Positions 55,494 to 64,000 of a DNA stretch of 64,000 nt are shown here, in pieces (the stretch's first letter is position 1; each line of letters begins with the position of its first letter). The notes under the pieces are model-generated. The model searched no databases. It saw nothing but the letters and a program-made list of their open reading frames with translations, and was not told the origin of the DNA. Source of the stretch: Octopus vulgaris. Lineage: Eukaryota. A program made the position numbers and the translations under genes. The stretch lies in contig OX597834.1 of the NCBI GenBank assembly GCA_951406725.2, forward strand, positions 8,680,001 to 8,744,000, read 5' to 3'.

Positions 55494-55821
55494 ATAAATC
55501 GTCTCCAGCAATTGCCCTTAGATTGTGAATATTTTTACGTAATCTTTATCTAGTTAACGATAATTTATCGATAAGTTACCGTTCCGTCACAAGCTAGATG
55601 GTACTATAAAATATATATACCTGAATTCAAATATTTGCCGAGTTTTACGAATTTTCGAAGTTATTTTGCGTTCTTTAAGATGTAGAACTAAAACCAATGA
55701 AGTAATATTGCATACTATCTGATCCTTATAACAGAATGTAAGCATATATTTTAAAGCTAATAGACTCAGTCCAAAGTTCAAGAGACAGCAGTTTCCGTAA
55801 CATTCCTTTGATATGAGAACG

Positions 55822-56082
55822 TGTTGTGCGGACGCCCCCAGACGATGAAGTCGGCTAGCCCAATACGTAGATATAGAGAGAGAAGCCTAGACGTCGGTAG
55901 AACAGAACAGAGTAGCGGGGAGAGCAGAGTTGAGTAGAGGTCATTCGAACGTGCAACATAACAGTGATGACGAGGATTTCGCAGCCCACACAGCCTCTGT
56001 GTAGTATTGCAATATAACAGAACGTTAATCCAAAAGTCACATTAAAGGACACAGTACTTATATTTTGCAGCCTACAATTACA
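55822..56082. mobile_element. Putative solo LTR
   Basis: TGTTGT start, ATTAAA signal, candidate ..ACA end and a second copy at 46474. No TSD is seen. Confidence 0.45.
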
Positions 56083-57530
56083 TTTTACTCATATTTCACT
56101 GATAAACATTCTACTCCAAAATTTGTCGGTTTCATTATAACCATGTCCCCAAATTAAAATTGTAGAAAGTGAAATAAAAATTAAATGATTATTCTAGGGC
56201 CAACATTATTGATGCTCAAAATGTTGTTTGTCTTGCGCTAAATTTTTTATCCATTTCCTGGGCGTTGCCTTATGAAAGTCATTTTCATCGACTGTTTCTG
56301 CCACGCTCAAAGAATCGCATCAATATGTTTCAACGATAAATCAATTAAACTTAGATTCTATCAACAAAGCTACATTTTCAGTTATATTAAAAGAAAATTT
56401 CACGCATCATCAAAAAACCACAAATTTGGGATATTTAATTAAAAATGTTCTTTTAATAAGACCTCTTGGTGTCTCTATTACCATGACGAGGTAAATCTTG
56501 CGTTACCATATGCGATTATTTCCGCAAGAGAAATCTTATCCTTTAAGATGATTAATATATACGCAGCGAGTGTATATTAGTATACAGAATGAAATTTACA
56601 ATCTGTATATGTCAAATTAGAAATCCTATGAATCTACTACTTTAACAGTCAAATTGCCATTCGTTCTTTTTAAATCCTTGCCTAAAGTCTACAGATTACT
56701 TACATCCCATGTTCATGTTCACTACTTGTAACTACCCTTCTATGTACATTTTAGAGTAACTGAAATATAACTTGTAAACCGCAAGTAAGATGAATAATCT
56801 CATAGAATGATTATATTTTCTTGATACGTAACAATTTTGACAATAAATTTACACCTGCGTTTTTAGCTTCATCTATTACATGAGATGGAAATAAATAACA
56901 TGATTCATTACTAACATACGCATGCACATTGCTACAAAATCACTGACTTAAGCATAGGGAAAAAAAATTAGAATCGAATTTATGACAAAATTGTATGAAT
57001 AAATAAAAGATTAAATTTCATGTTCGTGATTTTTAACTAACAATTATATGGATACAGTATACGATATTTCTTACAAAACTAAATATTGGTGGACATTGGT
57101 ATAATTATCAAAGATATACTGTTTACATCTCACAGGGGTTTATATACGTGGGTAACGTTACAGTTCTATACATGTAGATAGGCCTAAGTAGAGAAAGAGG
57201 TTTGGTATGTTCCGGTTTAGCTATTTTGCGCAGAAGCTTTGCAAGTGATCCCAAAAAAGATATTAAATCGACCAATGAATTCTGAGAATATTTATTAGAC
57301 ATGAATAGTGAAGAAGATCTTCATTTGTGTATGTGTGCGTGGGTGGGTGTGGAGAGGGCATGCATTCGTGCACGCGTGTATGTATGCAAAAATATTTTTT
57401 TTTGTTTATATCACACCGCTTGACAAACCATACTTTATATTGGGTGTCCTCGTGACCTTTGGTTTCTGCAATGTAGATCGAGAGAAAATTCATCCGCCTT
57501 AAGGTTTATACTGGTGTGTATTTGATTGAC

Positions 57531-58657
57531 TAAGTCGTTTCAGGGCCTGCAGCATCGTTGTAATTATCTTACTAACCTAAATAAAATCATAAACAATAAA
57601 ATGTCTTCGATTTGATCAATACGCTTATCTTTATAAACTTAGAAATACAACCTTATCACACATACACAAACACGCACACACGAAAACATGTGTACATCAA
57701 CACATACTACTTTGTATCAGTTGATACGCAGATTATATACACAAACATGAATCAATATTTACGAGACAACACTTACCGAAAATATTCGAATCCTGGAAGT
57801 ATTGCTCACACACTCGAAGCATCCTTCAGTTATTTTAAAATGAAATTGACTGTAATATGACATTTGATTTATTTCTAAATTACATTGTTGCCGCACTTAA
57901 TATATTTCATCGTCTCCACTTCAAATAGTCAAGAAGAAATCAACGCCGTCACAAAAGGTTTACTTTCTCCAATGAAAAGAGAAAGGAAAAACTATTGATG
58001 AATTTAACGTAATATTCATAGAATTATTCATTATTGCACGTGTATCAATATTTAAGTTTGCGTACCCTAAATATTACAGACGGTTATCAAGGCGCTACAT
58101 ATTAATATTATATATTTATTTTATTTATTAGGTATATATATATATATATATATATATAAATATCCGCTCAGTCGAAGTCGACTCTCTGTTACTCGTTGGA
58201 TCAGTGTCTTCCAGTCAGTTCTATCCTGGGCCGCTTTTTTCAGATTGGCTATGTCCATTCCGGTATCACTCTTGATGGTGTCAAGCCAGCGGGTTCTTTG
58301 TCGGTCTCTTCCTCTCTTGCTACTGACCATTCCGAGCATGATGTCCTTCTCCAGGGATTTTCTCCGCATAATATGACCGACATATATGAAAATCTGTGCT
58401 TGGTGATCCTACCTTCTAGCGACATTTTCGGCTTGATCTGCTTAAGAACTTCTCCATTGGTGAGCCTCCCGTCCATGGAATCCGTAATATATATATATAT
58501 ATTTAAGTCGTTACAGGACCTGCAGCATCGTTGCAGTTCTCTGACTAACCTACATAAAGTCATAAACAATAAAATGTCTTCGATTTGATCAATTCGCTTA
58601 TCTTTATAAACTTAGAAATACAAACTTATCACACATACACGAACACGCACACACGAA
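57531..58657. repeat. About 155-bp direct duplication (57531-57684 and 58504-58657)
   Basis: TAAGTCGTT..CCTGCAGCATCGTTG...CATAAACAATAAAATGTCTTCGATTTGATCAAT...CACGCACACACGAA is present twice. Confidence 0.9.
58161..58485 (-). pseudogene. RTE LINE 3' fragment, same family as 24995-25375
   Basis: MRRKSLEKDIMLGMVSSKRGRDRQRTRWLDTIKSDTGMDIANLKKAAQDRTDWK; inserted in (TA)n. Confidence 0.9.
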
Positions 58658-58983
58658 TATATATATATATATATGTATATGTTTTTAACAATTAGACTGT
58701 GTCCATGCTGGAGCATCACCTTGAAATATGTCACACTAACGAATCAATACCAAGTACTTATAATTTGTATAAGCCTGTTACTGGCTCGAGAATCCGGGAT
58801 GTGCTCCAGATGCAAGGCCGACTCCGGCAGTACGTACTGTAGCTAATCCACAAAATTCAGTCAAACTATTATGAAACGCAAAATCATACATATGAAAATA
58901 CTTATACACATGTACATGCCTACATATACAGACTTACTCAACTCCACAGGTTTTCCGGATGACCTGGTCGCTTCTGATTATTA

Positions 58984-59360
58984 TTAGGTTGTCAAGAAAG
59001 TTCTTGCGGTTTTTAACCTTTAAATTCAGATACACATACGAAATTTTATTAATTGAAATAAGCACCATCATAATCAATACACATTTGCCAAATCGAAATA
59101 AGTTTATTTATGCCGGTAGCGTAAAAATCCTGTGTTATAGTGGCGATGAAGTCGTTGAAGGAATGTTTGGCATCGTCTTCGTTTTTGAAGCATTTCTTAC
59201 GCAGGAAGTTTTCGAGATGCTTGAAAAAGTGGTAGCCGGTAGGCGAGAGGTCTGGTGAATACGGCGGTTGAGGCAGAATTTCTCAGCCCAATCCGTTCAA
59301 CTTCTGCAGTGCCAGTTGTGCGTCGTGCGGCCGGGCGTTGTCGTGGTGAAGAATTGGTCT
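58984..59360 (-). pseudogene. Mariner (DD34D) transposase C-terminal remnant with one TIR
   Basis: HHDNARPH...G*EILPQPPYSPDLSPTGYHFFKHLENFL...GINKLISIWQMCIDYDGAYFN* (59049-59360); TA|TTAGGTTG terminus. Confidence 0.92.
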
Positions 59361-59732
59361 TTATTGCCCACATGGGGCTAAATATAGAGGTGACAAACAA
59401 GGACAGACATAGGAATTAAGTCGATGTGAGCGACTCCAGTGTGTAACTGGTACTTTATTTATCGACTCCGAAAGGATGAAAGGCAAAGTCGACCACGCGG
59501 AATTTGAACTCAGAACATAACGGCAGACGAAATACCTATTTCTTTACTTCCCACAAGGGGCTAAACACAGAGGGTACAAACAAGGAGAGACAAATGGATT
59601 AAGTCGATTATATCGACCTCAGTGCGTAAGTGGTACTTAATTTATCGAATCTGAAAGGATGAAAGGCAAAGTCAACCTCGGCAGAATTTGAACTCAGAAC
59701 GTAACGGCAGACGAAATACCGCTAAGCATTTC
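59358..59732 (-). mobile_element. SINE family B dimer
   Basis: Two body units joined at GAAATAG|GTATTTCG (minus strand, about 59536), as at 6440 and 6624. Confidence 0.9.
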
Positions 59733-60439
59733 AACTAGAAAACACAATGCCATTGAGCCTATAGTTTCTCTCTTAGTCTATATATTTTTAGTGCAGGCCT
59801 GGTGTGGCACCAACGAAACCACACAGAAAGACCGGTTACAAAGTACTGCGGTCAACCTCACATGCTCTGTCTACCAGAAAATGTGTATAACTCACTTAAG
59901 TTTATCTAGAAACATATGTGTGCACAGAGAAAATCAAATCATCAAAATGATTCTAAAGAACCTAGAATCCAACAGAATTTGTATAAATATCAAATCTGCA
60001 ACAAAAACTGTAGGTCGTTTGCTGGGTTCAGAGACGATTCTTGTTCTCAAAACATACAATGCTGTGATAAACAATTTTTGTCAGTCATTGTTATACTCCA
60101 TTAACGAGTCATCATGTATGTACGTAAATAAAACGAAAAAAAATACAAATTGGAATCGTTAAAGAAATGGCGGAGTGCCATTCCTCGCCGATTGACTCAG
60201 CAAGATAGTAGGGGCGTGGTTTAATATCATTACAAGCATACTGAATTTGGAATAATTACAGTAGACTATAATCTCATTATTGTATATGTGACGTCAATGT
60301 CATACGATTGGATTTGTGTGTACGCTTGTTGTGAGAATGTTTATGCACCTGCACATGGATTTTATTCTTTTATTTTTATAGTATACGACAGTGCAAAGAG
60401 TATGATGATATCTATTCGCATGTTTCGGATTACTGCATG

Positions 60440-60477
<38 letters not shown>

Positions 60478-60510
60478 CATCCATCCATCCATCCATCCAT
60501 CTATCCATCC

Positions 60511-60632
<122 letters not shown>

Positions 60633-60661
60633 ATATCTATCTATCTATCTATCTCTATCTA

Positions 60662-60713
<52 letters not shown>

Positions 60714-60851
60714 TATATATATATGTATATATATGTGTGTGTGTGTGCATGTGTGCATAATTGTATACATATATGTATACATGCATATATACGCACATAC
60801 ATATATATATATATCTATAGTGTGTACACACACACACATATATATATGTAT

Positions 60852-60901
<50 letters not shown>

Positions 60902-62298
60902 GTGTGTGTATGTGTGTGTGTGTGTGTATGTGTATATGATTACATATATTTATATATGCGTGCATCTATATAATTTCTGTCTTTTCCTAGTGTATCTAAA
61001 CTACTGTACCAATGTGTTTAGAGATGCAAGAAACCACTTTAGATTGCATTGTTCTTTTATCCGGTTTGTTTTTCTTTCACATCGGGGATTTTAATACCCA
61101 TTTTTTTCGACCTAATTATACTCTTATCGCAGCTTTCGACTAGCTTGTCTCTCCTCATTGACACCATGTACACATCAATAACATTATAATTTACTGGAAC
61201 TACTAAAAAAAAAAAAAATGCGTGTATGCTTATAACGAAGTAATTCTACACCCCTATTTCATTCAGCTAATCCATCATATGTACCCTAGTTAAAAAGTAC
61301 CCCTGACATTAACAGGACATTTGGAACAATTGTAGTACTCAACAGACTTTTCCATCCCGTTTATTTACAAAATTTGATAAGCCCCTTAAAAGCAATATTT
61401 TCTCTTTTCGAAATGGAGTTCTGTAGTAATTGTCATCGGAACTTTCTGTTTAAGCTCGATATGGGATGAACTGTAGCTGAATCATTGATTAATATATTTT
61501 GTTGATCAAATATTGAGTGAACTTTGTTTTCTATAGAAGCCGTGTTTACGCTTGTCAATAACAAAACTGTGCCGTACCACGATAACTTCGCTGCACCTAC
61601 AGTCTATCCACCTATCTATCGATCAATCGATCGATCGATCTATTTGTATGTTTCTCTATATTTATATATTTGAATAGGTAGATGGACAGATAAATAGACA
61701 AGTAATTTCATATAGATACACATACTTACACATATCGTCTGCATACATGAAATGTTCTGAATATACGTAAATATATGTAAACATACTTATGGTTTTCAAT
61801 GCTGATATCAATCTGAAAGAAATTTATTTAACGACATGTAGACGACTTGAGATATTAAGTCAATATTGCAAGACATCTATAATGGAAGCCATACAATAAA
61901 AACAGTTATTTTCTCAATGTACCTCAGAAAATGCGTATAAGCAGCAATCTTTCCTTTCAAATGGTTTATTTGCTTCGTTGACAGATCTTTTTTTATTGAA
62001 CATACTAGAAAGATGCACATTTATAACAGTGTGAATGTTATCGAGTTGTCTTTGTTAAACTACTAACACATATTTTCCTCCTTCACTTTGTCTCTTGTCT
62101 TTTAATTTTTCAGCTCTATGATGATGTGGGTTTGTTTGGATGAAAATAAACATACGCACATATACATACATACATACATACTTATATATACATATATATA
62201 CATACATACTTATATATACATATATATATACATACATACTTATATATACATATATATACATACATACTTATATATATATATATATATATATATACATG

Positions 62299-62362
<64 letters not shown>

Positions 62363-62794
62363 CACACAATATACATTTATATATATATTGGCGTGCATGT
62401 CTATGCCTGTGTGTGTGCGCGTGTGTCTGTTTGTTTTTGTGTGTTTATACGTACACATACATATATATGTATACGTAGATACATACACATATATAATTCA
62501 CACATTTAGACACACACTCACAAGTATATATACACAGGCGCAAAAGAGACATGTGTGGGGGTTCTTGAGTGTGTATATATATATAATGGTTGTCTACTCC
62601 TTAAACAGAGTTCGACTACCGCTTGTACTTACACGTTAGTTCTATCATGGCATCTGATGTGGCCTTTTAAACAAGACAATGTTTTGTAAAAGACACTCGC
62701 ATACATCGCCTATCTGCTTTGCACCACCCAGATCTACAGTAGACATAAGCAAATTAGCCAGATCAATACATAAATTATATAAAATGCATGAAAT

Positions 62795-62829
<35 letters not shown>

Positions 62830-62832
<3 letters not shown>

Positions 62833-63036
62833 TCGCCATGATAGATCGTTAGCCACTACACACATTTTTTTCTCTTCTTGTTTCTCTCCTTGTTTTTTCT
62901 GTGTCGCTTTCTGTTGAAGAGCGTAGGCTCGAAACGTAAAATACTTTTTCTATTCCTGAGCGTTATACTATAATACATCTGTTTGTTTTGTACACCAACT
63001 GTCTTCGTCTTTTCTTTTGCTTTTTTAGTAAACTTT

Positions 63037-63038
<2 letters not shown>
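62830..63038 (+). mobile_element. H1-related short element in (TA)n with hammerhead-like motif at 62907-62942
   Basis: CTTT-CTGTTGA-A-GAGC-GTAG-GCTC-GAAAC-GT-A-AAA; downstream TTCCTGAGCGT as in H1; TA tracts on both sides. Confidence 0.7.
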
Positions 63039-63075
<37 letters not shown>

Positions 63076-63077
<2 letters not shown>

Positions 63078-63370
63078 GGAGTAAACACATAAATGTGAAA
63101 CAAGGTGGAAAAAAGAGTACTCAAATACCAGTGGTAGAGTAATATGCTTTATTTAAAGCAGCAGAAAATTCAACAAAACCTGTTACTCTGAGTTTCCCGT
63201 TGCCGGCAACGTTAAATATATTTGCTGCTTTAAATAAAGCATATATATATATATATATATATATTCATATATATATATATATATATATACTTTATTTAAA
63301 GCAGCAAATATATTTAACGTTGCCGGCAACGGGAAACTCAGAGTAACAGGTTTTGTTGAATTTTCTGCTG
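63076..63370. mobile_element. Nested palindromic insert in (TA)n carrying the 3' half of a hammerhead-like motif
   Basis: 63290-63370 is the reverse complement of 63159-63239 across a TA tract. The inner inverted repeat is ATGCTTTATTTAAAGCAGCA, and GAAACTCAGAGTA is present. Confidence 0.8.
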
Positions 63371-63380
63371 AATATGAATA

Positions 63381-63448
<68 letters not shown>

Positions 63449-63694
63449 CATAAGTACGATATACACTTAGTTCCTGGATATATATCTACACTTGTAAATA
63501 TTCAGGGTAATCAGAATATTATCCCTTTCAAATATCTGGCCGTGCAACTCTTGCTTTCTTCTTTGGTTTCTCGCTCGGCTTGAAATATCTCTTAAAGTCT
63601 TTATGACGTAAACCTCCGTCGTTCTAACGCATATCAAATATTCTCAGTCGTGATATGATCATATCTATATTGTTTTGCTCATGGGATTTACATA

Positions 63695-63886
63695 GGGAAG
63701 AAGGAGAAAGAGAAGACGAAGAAGAGGAAGCAGAGGAAGAAGAAGGAGAAGGAGAAGAAGAAGGAGAAGAATATCATGATGATAAAGAAGAAGAAGAAGA
63801 AAAAGAAAAAGAAGGTGATGAAGTAGAAGTAAAAAGAAGAAGAAGAAGAAGATGGAGGAGAAGAAGAAGGAGAAGAAGAAGAAGAA
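63695..63886. repeat. (GAA/GGA)n purine-rich tract
   Basis: Imperfect triplet repeat. Confidence 0.9.
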
Positions 63887-63888
63887 AC

Positions 63889-64000
63889 GTAGGAGTGGCT
63901 TTATGGCAAGAAGATTGCTCCTCAACCACATGTTTCCAGGTTCAGTCGAAATGCAAGTCACATTTTGCTAGTGTCTCTTACTATAGCGTCGGGCCGAGTG
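63889..64000 (+). mobile_element. SINE family A head, cut by the window end
   Basis: GTAGGAGTGGCT...AACCACATG..GGTTCAGTC...CTATAGCGTCGGGCCGA. Confidence 0.7.

Noticed and set aside
59791-60162. 123-aa ORF as a host exon
   Set aside because: No recognisable domain. It only faintly resembles a decayed LINE ORF2 tail, too weak to call.

Overview
AT-rich eukaryotic DNA packed with microsatellites and transposon debris. The SINE families and repeat landscape point to an octopus (coleoid cephalopod) intron or intergenic region; this assignment is from recognition and was not searched. I found no intact host gene, rRNA, true tRNA or CRISPR array. Most ORF-track entries are translated (TA)n, (CA)n, (TATG)n or triplet repeats, or SINE bodies. 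Supported content: three abundant tRNA-derived SINE families (here A, B, C); three non-autonomous Helitrons; Tc1/mariner transposase remnants and MITEs; two MITEs with 3-bp TSDs; fold-back elements; remnants of CR1-like, RTE and restriction-like-endonuclease (R4/Dong-like) LINEs; three Penelope-like GIY-YIG remnants; and two possible solo LTRs. The most interesting signal is a set of about nine hammerhead-ribozyme motifs carried by short non-coding elements, several of them inside (TA)n tracts. One has a fully canonical core (8560-8630). A four-copy minimal family has an extra A in the core. Two more sit in palindromic insertions. Together they look like a non-autonomous Penelope-dependent (retrozyme-like) system. 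Other notable items: recurrent SINE concatemers with an identical junction, a SINE/LINE shared 3' stem-loop, and a paralogous Asp/Gly/His-rich ORF pair. Coordinates were read by eye, so ends of decayed elements are approximate.
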